Under the pieces are notes generated by a model that had not been told where the DNA came from, made no database searches, and saw nothing but the letters and a program-made list of their open reading frames with translations. Source: an uncultured Candidatus Saccharibacteria bacterium (GTDB lineage Bacteria; Patescibacteriota; Minisyncoccia; Phycocordibacterales; UBA1006). From it: 64,000 nt of DNA. The DNA lies in the NCBI GenBank assembly GCA_964601935.1, contig CAZROP010000001.1:185867-249866 (forward strand). Direction: 5' to 3'. Positions 30,355-40,300 of this stretch are shown here, piece after piece. A program made the translations under genes and the position numbers. Position 1 is the stretch's first letter, and every line of letters begins with the position of its first letter.

Positions 30355-30590
30355 AGTAGGTATAGTTAACCATGAAAAAGAAAAAGTTATTATTATTAGG
30401 GGTGTGGGTTATGGGGATTGAGCACTACACCCTTATCAGTATAGAGATAATAGAGATGCTTCATACTGGATAACTATGGGTAGATTGCTCAATACTCGGG
30501 GAAAACCTCACTATATACCGATACTATCAGGTTGTTGTGGGTAACTGATAGGGTATATCCCCAGGAAGAGTACGGGTTATCACCAGGGTG

Positions 30591-33305
30591 CTAGGGTGCG
30601 CACAGGGTGTTCGCTCTATCACGAGTTAGGCTATCCCAAATACCAGGAGGCTCCTCTAGTCCGCGCGGCTGCATAATAGTGGTGTAGTTCTGTAGTTGGA
30701 AATCTTTTACTGCTTCTTCGGTTTTGGATTCAAAAGTGCCGGTGACTTCTATACTATAGCCTTGTTGTACTAGAAAGAGTTGTACTCGCTGGATCTCTGA
30801 AGTGTCAGTGCTATCACGGGTGAGTTCAGTGATAAATGGTGCCGAGCATGCCGATACGGACTGTTCGCCCAGGGCGACCTGTTCTATTGTCGATACGCGG
30901 GGTTCTGTATCGGGGATATCCAATTCCTGTAGCCCGGTACGCACTCGTACATCATTGAGGACTTTATTTGCTTTACCTCGACTGAATTTGAAGAAGTTGC
31001 CAGTAGCGTGACCTACTCCAGCCTGGATCAGAATATCGCTGTCGTTGTTCTGATAGGTGTTCACGGCCTGGGTAGTTTCAGGTCCGAAGTATCCATTCAC
31101 CTCGAGATCAGTGCCAAGATAGTAGTTGAGGAATTCTTGAATACGTTTTACTTCTTCAGGATAAGTTGGTCCGAGGTTCTGGTTCATGTCTTTGAGAAAT
31201 AGATACTCTTCCAGAGATTGTGGTAGCGGTTTGTTTGTGTTGAATGGGGATGTCTCTATCGTTTCTTTTGTTATAGAAGGCTGATTTTTTGATACCTCTT
31301 TGATACTTTCTTTTGTAGTTGTCGTTTTTATCGTGGTGTTCGTAGTCAGAGAAGGTACAGTAGTTGGTGTTTTTTCTGCTGTTGAACTTACCGCGGTGGT
31401 ACTTGATTTTGAAAGAGGATTGTAAGTATCTACGGAAGTAGCCAAAGCCAATCGAATCGAACCTCTGTCGAGAGCGGTACCTTGTGATAATGAATCGGAC
31501 AGAGTTCTGCTGTCTGTTATGAGTACACCGTCCATTGATCCGAGGATTGGTAGATTAAATGCATCAGAACTTTCCGGTATAAATCCTGTACTACCTGATG
31601 CTAATAATAGTAGGAGTGTAGCAATAGTCGCCTTTTTGACATGTTTTTTTGCTACCTGATGACGTACTTTTTTGTGAATCTGTTTATGTACCGGTATCGA
31701 TTTGTTTTCTGGTTTGCTACTGCTGAATAGTGCTTGTATGAGAGCTATTACAATAGTACTACCTAGTACTATTGCTCCTATGGATGCAAGGAGGAAGAGT
31801 AATTGGTTGATAGAGATATCAGTATACATATAGTAGGTCACTATTCGTGTATACATAACGTATCCACCGAGTGCGATACACCCTATCAGACCTATAAATA
31901 TAGTGAATAATAGGAAATTACTTGTAGGTTTTGTAGTATGTACCGATGTTGTGATTCGTTTCATACGCATAACGGTTGGTGTCCGCGTATCTTTGTGCTT
32001 CATAGATGCATACTGCCCCCATAATGTGCCCAGCATATAGAATAACCCTCCTATCATCAATGTGAATCCTATATCAGATAAAATATCTCCTGTTAGTGAC
32101 CAGGTATAGGGCAGCTTTTCGATTACATGTGCAGAAGAAGCACTGTACGCCTGAACATTTTGTACAAAGGGTACCACTAATGCTACAACAAATAAAACAT
32201 AGTTTGCGATATGGAGAGCCGCTGTTTCAGGGGATCGTGTGCTTCCTTTGTGTGCTTTATGATGGAGTAGTGTAGCAATACAGAGCACTGCCAAGAATCC
32301 TAGTGTTATAGGTAATAACTCATAAGTTTCTATAAATGTTCGTAGAGAGGTTTTCCAGTCTACGTTTTGCAGCGAACGTGTTTGTATAGCGTTTTCTTCT
32401 TCTGGTGTTGTTATGACTTTGGTGCCGAGTGCCAGACGTAATGGCTCTGTACTCTGTGTGTAATAATGATCGCCTGCTGGTGTGATAATAGTGGTAATGG
32501 ATGTTTCAGTATTAGGTAATAGAGATGCTAATACATCAGGAGTCAGTGATGCCATACGAAGCCTGTGCCCAGATAGGTTACTCGATTCAGAAATATATTG
32601 AACGGTTTCTCTATTTGCAGTAAAAGGAGTAATTTCTGATAGTGAAGGTAGCTCACCATTCTGTAGTGCATACGCGGAAGCAGGTATAAATACTAATGTA
32701 CATACTGCAACAGCAACTAATTTATACCAAGAGTTGGATAACTGCATTAATACTTGTGCAGTATTTTTGAATAGAGAGAAATCTTGTGAATACTTTAGGG
32801 GTCTACGTCTGTCAGGTTCTCCATCATCAAGACACAAGCCATCCTGTGGGCTCGATGAGCTGGAAACACATACTGCACGCTCTCCTGAATAGGAAGATGG
32901 TGTTGCAGATGTATTTCCGGTAGAAGCTATAAGGTATGGAGACTGGATATATGTTGATGTAGATACTGTGCGACCACTGCGTGTTGCAGTTTTTGGTGCT
33001 GTTGCATAAACATGACTGCGTTCCTGTCGGATACGACTAGAAAGAGTACGTGGAGATTTCGATGTGATAGTTGTACGAGAATCCATCAGAGAACTTTGTG
33101 TTTGCGCACGCTGCGATACTGCGCGCTTGAACTCACCAGAAATATCTTTCTTTTGTGCAGTAACCGTTGTGGCGCGATTCCATACCTGTACAATCGGTGA
33201 CGGAGTTGCAGCGTGTGTGAACTTCTGTGTCTTTGATCGTGCACGAGAAGTACGTACGGACGACTGGGTGTTCATATGAACATGAGAGAGAGTTGATGTG
33301 CTCAT
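30591..33305 (-). CDS. large polytopic membrane protein with two C-terminal peptidoglycan-binding (PG_binding_1-like) domains and S/T-rich N-terminus
   Basis: 904 aa; at least 8 TM helices in the middle; two C-terminal repeats (EFLNYYLGTDLEVNGYFGPETTQAVNTYQ and LFLVQQGYSIEVTGTFESKTEEAVKDFQ) fit the PG-binding motif. Confidence 0.5.
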   Translation of the reverse strand: MSTSTLSHVHMNTQSSVRTSRARSKTQKFTHAATPSPIVQVWNRATTVTAQKKDISGEFKRAVSQRAQTQSSLMDSRTTITSKSPRTLSSRIRQERSHVYATAPKTATRSGRTVSTSTYIQSPYLIASTGNTSATPSSYSGERAVCVSSSSSPQDGLCLDDGEPDRRRPLKYSQDFSLFKNTAQVLMQLSNSWYKLVAVAVCTLVFIPASAYALQNGELPSLSEITPFTANRETVQYISESSNLSGHRLRMASLTPDVLASLLPNTETSITTIITPAGDHYYTQSTEPLRLALGTKVITTPEEENAIQTRSLQNVDWKTSLRTFIETYELLPITLGFLAVLCIATLLHHKAHKGSTRSPETAALHIANYVLFVVALVVPFVQNVQAYSASSAHVIEKLPYTWSLTGDILSDIGFTLMIGGLFYMLGTLWGQYASMKHKDTRTPTVMRMKRITTSVHTTKPTSNFLLFTIFIGLIGCIALGGYVMYTRIVTYYMYTDISINQLLFLLASIGAIVLGSTIVIALIQALFSSSKPENKSIPVHKQIHKKVRHQVAKKHVKKATIATLLLLLASGSTGFIPESSDAFNLPILGSMDGVLITDSRTLSDSLSQGTALDRGSIRLALATSVDTYNPLSKSSTTAVSSTAEKTPTTVPSLTTNTTIKTTTTKESIKEVSKNQPSITKETIETSPFNTNKPLPQSLEEYLFLKDMNQNLGPTYPEEVKRIQEFLNYYLGTDLEVNGYFGPETTQAVNTYQNNDSDILIQAGVGHATGNFFKFSRGKANKVLNDVRVRTGLQELDIPDTEPRVSTIEQVALGEQSVSACSAPFITELTRDSTDTSEIQRVQLFLVQQGYSIEVTGTFESKTEEAVKDFQLQNYTTIMQPRGLEEPPGIWDSLTRDRANTLCAP

Positions 33306-33756
33306 AATAGTTATTGATAAAGATGGATTGTTAATAATAAAGTATCACATCGAGTGTAGAGAATTATGTCCTATACACTTCGATAGTACGAGTATACATG
33401 TCTATTACTAAGTAACGCAAAACAACTGTGTGGATAAAAGACATATTAATGTGGTAAAACAGGTGGATAGACTGAGTATAGTGTCTTTTATAATGTGCAG
33501 ATACTAGTGCACTAGTGTGGAGAGAGCTAATCCAAAGTTACTAGAAATATATTCAACTAATACTTTGTTGTCTTGGATGCTTTTTGGTTATGTCTTTTAA
33601 TATTCTGTCTTCACAGGTCCCGACCTGGGGTTATAAAAACAAGGAGTATAACGACTATGTTTTTCTATGCAAGGCCCAGGAATTAGAAAGATAGCAGGAC
33701 TTCGTAAGCGTATACCTCCCAGAATAAGCTTAAAGTGATAATATAGTCTCTATAGG

Positions 33757-33782
33757 CCCTCAAATAAATTCAGGGTGACAGA
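33757..33782. repeat. CCCTCAAATAAATTCAGGGTGACAGA repeat copy (locus B)
   Basis: 26/27 identical to the reverse complement of 2605..2629. Confidence 0.55.
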
Positions 33783-33827
33783 TCAAAGTGATTTTTCCTT
33801 AAAAATATGTATCCTGGGATGACAAAG

Positions 33828-33857
33828 TAAAACCCCTGCCGTATAGAGAGGGGTTTT
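33828..33857 (-). terminator. bidirectional terminator downstream of pnp
   Basis: hairpin aaaacccctgcc/ggggttttt flanked by A and T runs. Confidence 0.6.
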
Positions 33858-33887
33858 TAGATGAGAGCACGGTACGACAGAGGAACC

Positions 33888-36137
33888 TTAAGCTGTACCA
33901 GACAATCTCTTCATAGAAAGACCGATACGATCTCGTTCTTTGTCTACAGAAACAATGATTGCTTCTACGGATTGTCCTTGCGATAGCTTATCGCTTACAC
34001 GTGAAACGCGATCTTTGGATATTTCAGAGATATGAATCATACCTGAAGTATTCCCCCACTCTACAATGGCGCCTGTTTCGTCAATAATTTTAACTACCAC
34101 TGCTGTTACACGCTCACCTACAACCCATTCATGAGTCATGTCCTCTATAATTTTGCGTGCCGCAGAAGGTCCTGAAAAAGATTGGCTTGTTTCAGCTAGT
34201 CCTTTTTCTGGGTGACCAGTAATAAATATTCTTCCGTCGTCCTCAATGCTGATAGTGGTTTTTGTGTCCTTTTGAATCTTTTGGATAGTCTTACCTCCGC
34301 CACCTATAACCAAACCTATCTTTTCTGGATCAATTTGTAGTATTTCAATACGCGGTGCGTATGGTGATAATATAGGTCGAGGTACAGAAATAGCATCAGT
34401 AATCGTCTTTAAAAGCGTTTCATGTGCAACACGGGCCGCTCGAACTGCCTCGCGACACACAGAAACAGGGATACTCGCTAATTTTATATCCATCTGGATG
34501 GCAGTGATACCTGCACTTGTTCCTGCAACTTTGAAATCCATATCTCCATGATGATCCTCGGGGCCCTGAATATCGGTCAATAAAGCATATTTGCTAGTAA
34601 CTGCATCCATCATGAGTCCTATAGAAATTCCAACTACCGGTCGGGTAATAGGTACTCCAGCATCCATTAGAGCCAGAGTTGCAGCACAAACACTGGCCTG
34701 ACTGGTTGATCCGTTAGATGAAAGACATTCTGATACTACACGGATAGTATAGGGAAATAGGTCTACATTAGGGATAACTGGCTCGAGAGCCTTCTGAGCC
34801 AGAGCTCCATGGCCCAATTCGCGTCTGCCAGTTGATCCTATACGACCAGTTTCTCCTGTGCTGTAGGGAGGAAAGTTGTAGTGATGCCAAAATCGCTCCT
34901 CTCCGGCACTATCCATAGATTCATGCATCAAATTACTATCGGGTCCAGCCAGTGTTGCAACTGACAGTACATGTGTTTCACCGCGGTAGAATATGCCACT
35001 ACCATGTAATCTGTCGGATATACCTCCTGCCTGGGCATATAATGGACGTACTTCATCCATTTTTCGACCATCAGCACGTTTTTTGTCTTGTAGTGCTGCA
35101 GTGTGGAGGACTTCATCAATCTTGTGATCCAAAAAGTCACTAGAATTGTGAAAGGGATCAGATTCTTTTTCTATTTGTGGGTTTTCTTCAGTAACTTTTT
35201 TATATTCTTTTCGTTCTTCCTCGATTATCTCCTTCCAGGTAGTGAATATCTGTCCTATACGAGATTTACTGTCAGTACCAAACAGATCGCGTTCTATAAT
35301 CAGTCGCATACGTGTCTCGTATATGTCTGATAATTTTTGAGAAAATACCGGGAATTCGATTACTTTTTTTGTTTTTCCTACTGTAGTACGTAATTCAGTT
35401 ATCCAGGATGTCCATTGTGCTGTAATAGACACAGTCGTGTCTAATAATTGATCAAATAGCTCAGGAGATACCTCAGCAGAGCCCATTTCTATCATGTTTA
35501 CTGCTGTACCATTGCCACATACCAGTAGATCTGCAGATAGAAAAGGCGTAATCGACATATTAGGTTGATAGGGGTTAATAGATATTTCTTGAGAATTTGA
35601 ATTCAATAATACACCACTACGAGCACAGCCAATAGGTCCATTCCACGGAATGTCTGATATGTGTAACGCCATAGATGCTGCGTTTGTAGCCAAGACAACA
35701 GGATCGTAATCTCCAACAGAAAGTACGGTTACGATGATTTGTACGGAGTTTTTGATACGGCTATCGAATAAAGGACGTAATGTTCTGTCTATAATACGTG
35801 ATGCTAACGTTGCATTCAGGCTGGGACGTCCCTCGCGACGCTGGTAAGGACCGCCAGCTATTTTGCCAGATGCATAGAATCGCTCGGTATATTCGACAGT
35901 CAAATTGAAATATCCAGGATTCTTGTGTGTATCATCACCCATAGTGATCGCAGCCAGCACTACTGTTCCGTTTGCTGATAGCATTATTGACCCGTTTGCC
36001 TGTCCTGCTAAATCGGTGAGGTGCGCCGTAACTGTGGTTCCTGATATGTCCTTTATATAGGTTGTGTGTTTCATAGATGGTTCTGTTATGTCGAGTAATA
36101 AAGTATTGATTAGATTAATCAATAGATCTGTAACCAA
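33888..36137 (-). CDS. pnp: polyribonucleotide nucleotidyltransferase (PNPase)
   Basis: 749 aa; two RNase PH domains (RREGRPS...RPLF), a KH domain (KIGLVIGGGGKTIQKI), and a C-terminal S1 domain. Confidence 0.88.
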   Translation of the reverse strand: MVTDLLINLINTLLLDITEPSMKHTTYIKDISGTTVTAHLTDLAGQANGSIMLSANGTVVLAAITMGDDTHKNPGYFNLTVEYTERFYASGKIAGGPYQRREGRPSLNATLASRIIDRTLRPLFDSRIKNSVQIIVTVLSVGDYDPVVLATNAASMALHISDIPWNGPIGCARSGVLLNSNSQEISINPYQPNMSITPFLSADLLVCGNGTAVNMIEMGSAEVSPELFDQLLDTTVSITAQWTSWITELRTTVGKTKKVIEFPVFSQKLSDIYETRMRLIIERDLFGTDSKSRIGQIFTTWKEIIEEERKEYKKVTEENPQIEKESDPFHNSSDFLDHKIDEVLHTAALQDKKRADGRKMDEVRPLYAQAGGISDRLHGSGIFYRGETHVLSVATLAGPDSNLMHESMDSAGEERFWHHYNFPPYSTGETGRIGSTGRRELGHGALAQKALEPVIPNVDLFPYTIRVVSECLSSNGSTSQASVCAATLALMDAGVPITRPVVGISIGLMMDAVTSKYALLTDIQGPEDHHGDMDFKVAGTSAGITAIQMDIKLASIPVSVCREAVRAARVAHETLLKTITDAISVPRPILSPYAPRIEILQIDPEKIGLVIGGGGKTIQKIQKDTKTTISIEDDGRIFITGHPEKGLAETSQSFSGPSAARKIIEDMTHEWVVGERVTAVVVKIIDETGAIVEWGNTSGMIHISEISKDRVSRVSDKLSQGQSVEAIIVSVDKERDRIGLSMKRLSGTA

Positions 36138-36359
36138 TCGCCAGTATTCATAAGGGTATTCATACTAATAGCATAACCAGAATGCCAGAGTAGTGTATTT
36201 CACGACTCTGATAGTGATTATGTGAATTAATATTCAGAGTATGAAGAGCCTGAGAATACGAGCAGGTTGGTGGATCAAGTACGAGTATAGCATATAGACG
36301 AGTGACTACCTAATCAGTGGATACAGAGAGGTTTTTCGGGTAATCGGCTGTTGAATAAA

Positions 36360-36403
36360 CAAAAACATCTCGTTTCCATAATGGAAACGAGATGTTTTTG
36401 TTA
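36360..36403 (-). terminator. intrinsic terminator (15-bp perfect stem) between pilin array and pnp
   Basis: aaacatctcgtttcc-ataat-ggaaacgagatgttt followed by a T-run on the minus strand. Confidence 0.65.
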
Positions 36404-36454
36404 TTAGATAAAGTATACGCATACTTTTCACTCCTGCGAGTAGTTTCTCCACAA

Positions 36455-36490
36455 ACAAAAAACCACTGTCATGACGCAGTGGTTTTTGTA
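36455..36490 (-). terminator. intrinsic terminator immediately after pilin gene 1
   Basis: aaccactg-tcatgacg-cagtggtt followed by a T-run. Confidence 0.6.
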
Positions 36491-36511
36491 GATACTAACT
36501 AGATAAACCTA

Positions 36512-37012
36512 TTATGGACATTTCACAGTCGCAGGTGTTCCAGCAGCAGCAGCAATAGTTACTACACTGGATGAAGCAGCAATCTGTTTGTTGGATCCTG
36601 CTGAGTCAGCACACCATGCAGTACTACCTGCACCACTCTTCAATAATGTGACCGCAGCCCAAGAAACTGAGTTACTAGAACATGCAGTTGCCACTGTTGT
36701 TGATGTTGAAACGGCAGCACCTGCTGTACTTGCAGCTACTGTTGTCGCAGGTAAGTAGGCCTGTCCTGCTGCCAACACTCCATCATATGTCTTACTTGTA
36801 GTAGCACATACAGTTTGATAACCTGTTGTTGTTTCATCGTAAATAACTTCTGCCGAAGCTCTCACATTAGATATATTACCCTTGATCGCAGCATCAGCAC
36901 CTTTCACACGCGCACTGTTTACTGAACCAATCACTACTGTTGCAAGAACACCAATGATGGCAATAACCACGAGAAGCTCTATCAGAGTAAAACCTCGTAA
37001 TTTTATACTCAT
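36512..37012 (-). CDS. type IV pilin / pseudopilin (class III signal peptide), copy 1
   Basis: 166 aa starting MSIKLRG|FTLIELLVVIAIIG (prepilin peptidase site); conserved C-terminus IAAAAGTPATVKCP. Confidence 0.85.
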   Translation of the reverse strand: MSIKLRGFTLIELLVVIAIIGVLATVVIGSVNSARVKGADAAIKGNISNVRASAEVIYDETTTGYQTVCATTSKTYDGVLAAGQAYLPATTVAASTAGAAVSTSTTVATACSSNSVSWAAVTLLKSGAGSTAWCADSAGSNKQIAASSSVVTIAAAAGTPATVKCP

Positions 37013-37069
37013 AGTATATTAAATTGTTAAGTTGATAATATGATAGAGAATTTACGTATTATTCTCTAT
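36783..37069. repeat. 287-bp block (pilin 5' coding region plus leader plus operator) 100% identical to 37531..37817
   Basis: direct base-by-base comparison of the two segments. Confidence 0.85.
37043..37069. promoter_or_regulatory. 9-bp perfect inverted repeat ATAGAGAAT-N9-ATTCTCTAT about 31 nt upstream of pilin copy 1 start (candidate operator)
   Basis: identical element upstream of all three pilin genes. Confidence 0.5.
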
Positions 37070-37183
37070 CATGTAACAATCATATCAGTCATTACTAAGT
37101 TTTCATTATGAATAATTGGGTAAACTGTGGAGATCTAGTATGGGTATACGCACCAATTTAGTATGTGTGACATAGTGAGTACA

Positions 37184-37218
37184 CTAGCTCTGGAAAATAC
37201 AAAGACCACTGTCGATTG
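37184..37218 (-). terminator. intrinsic terminator after pilin gene 2
   Basis: gaccactgtc-gatt-gacagtggtc with a T-run on the minus strand. Confidence 0.6.
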
Positions 37219-37253
37219 ACAGTGGTCTCGGTAAATACTAGTTATGTAACACA

Positions 37254-37760
37254 CTATGGACATTTCACAGTAGCTGGCGTCCCAGCTGCCGCGGCAATAG
37301 ATACTGTATAAGCTGTGGTCAGTGTAATCTGCTCATTAGACCCCGATGAATCAGCGCACCATGCTGTTAACCCTGCTGTTCCTCGTAGTGGTACCGCTGC
37401 AACCCAAGAAATCCCATTACTAACACATACACCCAGTGTTGTTGGTGCGCCAGTATTAGTTGCAGTACCGCTTGTATTGGCGGTTACTGTCGCGTCAGAT
37501 CTGTGTACCTTTGCTGCCGCTAATACCCCTTCATATGTCTTACTTGTAGTAGCACATACAGTTTGATAACCTGTTGTTGTTTCATCGTAAATAACTTCTG
37601 CCGAAGCTCTCACATTAGATATATTACCCTTGATCGCAGCATCAGCACCTTTCACACGCGCACTGTTTACTGAACCAATCACTACTGTTGCAAGAACACC
37701 AATGATGGCAATAACCACGAGAAGCTCTATCAGAGTAAAACCTCGTAATTTTATACTCAT
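37254..37760 (-). CDS. type IV pilin / pseudopilin, copy 2
   Basis: 168 aa; first 75 residues identical to copy 1, divergent middle, shared C-terminus ...GTPATVKCP. Confidence 0.85.
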   Translation of the reverse strand: MSIKLRGFTLIELLVVIAIIGVLATVVIGSVNSARVKGADAAIKGNISNVRASAEVIYDETTTGYQTVCATTSKTYEGVLAAAKVHRSDATVTANTSGTATNTGAPTTLGVCVSNGISWVAAVPLRGTAGLTAWCADSSGSNEQITLTTAYTVSIAAAAGTPATVKCP

Positions 37761-37790
37761 AGTATATTAAATTGTTAAGTTGATAATATG

Positions 37791-37817
37791 ATAGAGAATT
37801 TACGTATTATTCTCTAT
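37791..37817. promoter_or_regulatory. inverted repeat ATAGAGAAT-N9-ATTCTCTAT upstream of pilin copy 2
   Basis: exact copy of the element at 37043. Confidence 0.5.
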
Positions 37818-37893
37818 ATAGCTGTATAATAACAGACTTAATAACTGTTTATATTTAATTTTCTCGAACCCTGTGGAGATCTAGAACAATATA

Positions 37894-37923
37894 AAAACTA
37901 CTATCTGTCGATAGTAGTTTTTA
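37894..37923 (-). terminator. intrinsic terminator after pilin gene 3
   Basis: aaaaactactatc-tgtc-gatagtagttttt. Confidence 0.55.
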
Positions 37924-37933
37924 TTATTCATAC

Positions 37934-38431
37934 TTATGGACATTTCACGGTAGGAGGCGTCCCAGCTGCGGCGGCGATGGTTACACTACCAACAACGGCA
38001 GGTACTGATTTGTTAGACCCCGATGAATCAGCGCACCATGCAGTCGAATAGTTTGCTCCTTTGAGAGGAGAAACAGCAGCCCATGATACTCCATTACTAA
38101 CGCAAACAGCTAATATCCCTGATGCCGTATTTGCTGCTGCACCAGTTGTGTTGGATGCTACGGTTATAGTAGATCCGTGTACTTTCGCTGCGGCGAGAAC
38201 ACCTTCGTATCCTTTGCTGGTAGTAGCACATACACTCGTGTAATTACCTGTTTCATCATAAATAGTTTCTGCTGTAGTGCGTACATTCGATATATTCCCC
38301 TTGATAGCTGCGTCTGCTGCTTTTACTCTTGCACTGTTTACTGAACCAATCACTACTGTTGCAAGAACACCAATGATGGCAATAACCACGAGAAGCTCTA
38401 TCAGAGTAAAACCTCGTAATTTTATAATCAT
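37934..38431 (-). CDS. type IV pilin / pseudopilin, copy 3
   Basis: 165 aa starting MIIKLRGFTLIELLVVIAIIG; about 80% identical N-terminus, variable middle, C-terminus ...GTPPTVKCP. Confidence 0.85.
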   Translation of the reverse strand: MIIKLRGFTLIELLVVIAIIGVLATVVIGSVNSARVKAADAAIKGNISNVRTTAETIYDETGNYTSVCATTSKGYEGVLAAAKVHGSTITVASNTTGAAANTASGILAVCVSNGVSWAAVSPLKGANYSTAWCADSSGSNKSVPAVVGSVTIAAAAGTPPTVKCP

Positions 38432-38470
38432 ACGTTTCTAATATTACCATTGTTAAGTTTATAAAATCTG

Positions 38471-38497
38471 ATAGAGAATTTACGTATTATTCTCTAT
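38471..38497. promoter_or_regulatory. inverted repeat ATAGAGAAT-N9-ATTCTCTAT upstream of pilin copy 3
   Basis: third exact copy of the palindrome. Confidence 0.5.
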
Positions 38498-38639
38498 ATA
38501 TCTATGGTATCAGAATAATTCTGTGAAAGGCTGGATAGTATCTGTTAATTGTGGAGAATGTGAAATCTAGTTGTGAGTAGATTTATTGATACCTTACAAG
38601 AATTAATCTATTTTAGATTCTTGATTTGCTGATTAACTA

Positions 38640-38676
38640 TAACAAACCCCTGAACAGTTGTTCAGGGGTTTGTTTG
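38640..38676 (-). terminator. intrinsic terminator after rpsO
   Basis: aaacccctgaac-agtt-gttcaggggttt. Confidence 0.6.
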
Positions 38677-38688
38677 GAAGAGGTAGTA

Positions 38689-38973
38689 CTATTTTCGCAG
38701 TTCCAGTTTTTCGATCAGAGCAGTGTAGGCTGCGACATCATGCTTTTTTATGTAGTTTAGCATACGGCGGCGAGTTGAAACGAGTTTCACTAATCCCATT
38801 CTACTCGACAGATCTTTCTTGTGGATCTTGAGGTGCTCGGTGAGCTCCTTTATGCGAGCAGTCAGGAGAGCAACCTGTACGGGAGCAGATCCTGTATCGT
38901 TCGTCGATTTCTGATGAGGCTTGATAATTCTGGTTTTTGTTTTTGAAGTCATCATAGATGGTTCGCGAGACAA
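38689..38973 (-). CDS. rpsO: 30S ribosomal protein S15
   Basis: 94 aa with S15 signatures [27 protein letters not shown] and TRRRMLNYI. Confidence 0.85.
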   Translation of the reverse strand: MSREPSMMTSKTKTRIIKPHQKSTNDTGSAPVQVALLTARIKELTEHLKIHKKDLSSRMGLVKLVSTRRRMLNYIKKHDVAAYTALIEKLELRK

Positions 38974-39011
38974 CTAGTTGTGTAACCGATTGTTCGTATT
39001 AGTTTGTAACA

Positions 39012-39992
39012 ATGCTATACTATAGCCATATTATAGTTATGTCAAGTCATGCTGCTTTGCGCCAATTCTTGGAACATTTAGAAATCGAACGTGGTCGATC
39101 CTCGCTCACTCTGCGTAACTATGAACATTATTTGACCACACTGTTCAATGTGATGAAGATCGAGTCTGTGGCTCAGATCGATGCAGATGTTATTCGCGAG
39201 TTTCGGTTGTGGTTGAATCGTCAGCCAGGCGCACGAGCACGAGGTCAGACAGATTCTCTGATGAAACGACGCACTCAAAATTACTACCTCATCGCTCTGC
39301 GATCATTCCTACGGTATGCGATGAAACGGGGTTGGACGCAGTTTGCTCCTGACAATATCGAACTCGCCCGTGTCGGTGATCGTCACATTGATATGATATC
39401 TGCTGATGAGCTTTCCAGAATAATGTCATCATTTGATACGACTACTCGTTCAGGTGTTCGGGACCGAGCTATACTCGAACTCCTCTACTCGACCGGATTG
39501 CGTGTATCAGAATTGGTGTCACTAAACTGTGACCTGGATCTATCCCGCGATGAACTGTCGATTCGCGGTAAGGGTGACAAGGTGCGACTCGTATTCGTTT
39601 CACCAGATGCTCGCATATGGTTGAAAAAATACCTCGGACTTCGTGCCGATGCACAGGATGCTCTGTTCGTCGATGAGCGTGCCAGCGCCGCAGAGTCATC
39701 GGATCGCGAGGCACGCCTAACGCCTCGATCTGTGGAACGTATTGTCGCCGCCGCCGCGGTACGTGCTGGTATCGGAAAGAAGGTGACCCCACATATCATT
39801 CGTCATTCGTTCGCGACAGGTCTATTGGAAAATGGCGCGGACATTCGTTCGGTGCAGACACTGCTCGGTCATGCGCATATCGGGACAACGCAGATCTACA
39901 CGCATGTCACTGACAAACATCTAAAAGATGTATTCAAAAAATTTCACAAACCGACAGATACCTCGGTTACAGAAAAAACCTCTGACACGTAG
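39012..39992 (+). CDS. xerC: tyrosine site-specific recombinase (XerC/XerD family)
   Basis: 326 aa; C-terminal catalytic box HIIRHSFATGLLENGADIRSVQTLLGHAHIGTTQIYTHV (R..H..Y). Confidence 0.75.
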   Translation: MLYYSHIIVMSSHAALRQFLEHLEIERGRSSLTLRNYEHYLTTLFNVMKIESVAQIDADVIREFRLWLNRQPGARARGQTDSLMKRRTQNYYLIALRSFLRYAMKRGWTQFAPDNIELARVGDRHIDMISADELSRIMSSFDTTTRSGVRDRAILELLYSTGLRVSELVSLNCDLDLSRDELSIRGKGDKVRLVFVSPDARIWLKKYLGLRADAQDALFVDERASAAESSDREARLTPRSVERIVAAAAVRAGIGKKVTPHIIRHSFATGLLENGADIRSVQTLLGHAHIGTTQIYTHVTDKHLKDVFKKFHKPTDTSVTEKTSDT

Positions 39993-40105
39993 TCGGAGGT
40001 TTTTTGTTTCATTATCCCTTCTCTTTCCGTCATTCTGAGTTTATCTTAGAATCCACAAACTCTCACTCCCAGATTAAACTTATGTAATACTGCAACCTCT
40101 CTGGA

Positions 40106-40149
40106 CCCTGAAATGAATTTATCATGCCCTATGGGTACAGGGTGACAGA
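40106..40149. repeat. CCCTGAAATGAATTTATCATGCCCTATGGGTACAGGGTGACAGA repeat copy with expanded loop (locus C)
   Basis: about 80% identical to 2653..2695 over 44 nt and shares both ends with the other copies. Confidence 0.55.
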
Positions 40150-40300
40150 GAGTGTAGTGATGAGCTATTCCAGTACACGTGTGTAACCCAATAAAACAAG
40201 CGTTACACTCGCCTATATAATCAGTGCAAATAAATAAGCCAACTACCCGAGGAGTAGTTGGCCGTAATAGTTATACTGGTTTTTCATTAGATTCTATTCC

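Noticed and set aside
33305-33888. Replication origin between the 904-aa gene and pnp or near dnaN (DnaA box TGTGGATAA at 33428)
   Set aside because: Only one consensus DnaA box was seen, there is no cluster, no dnaA gene is nearby, and the 30355-30590 gap upstream of dnaN has none.
39012-39992. Xer-like recombinase as a dedicated pilin-cassette invertase
   Set aside because: It has ordinary XerC/D length and motifs and is likely the housekeeping dimer-resolution recombinase; its proximity to the pilin array is noted under the pilin finding but no inverted att-like sites were found flanking the cassettes.
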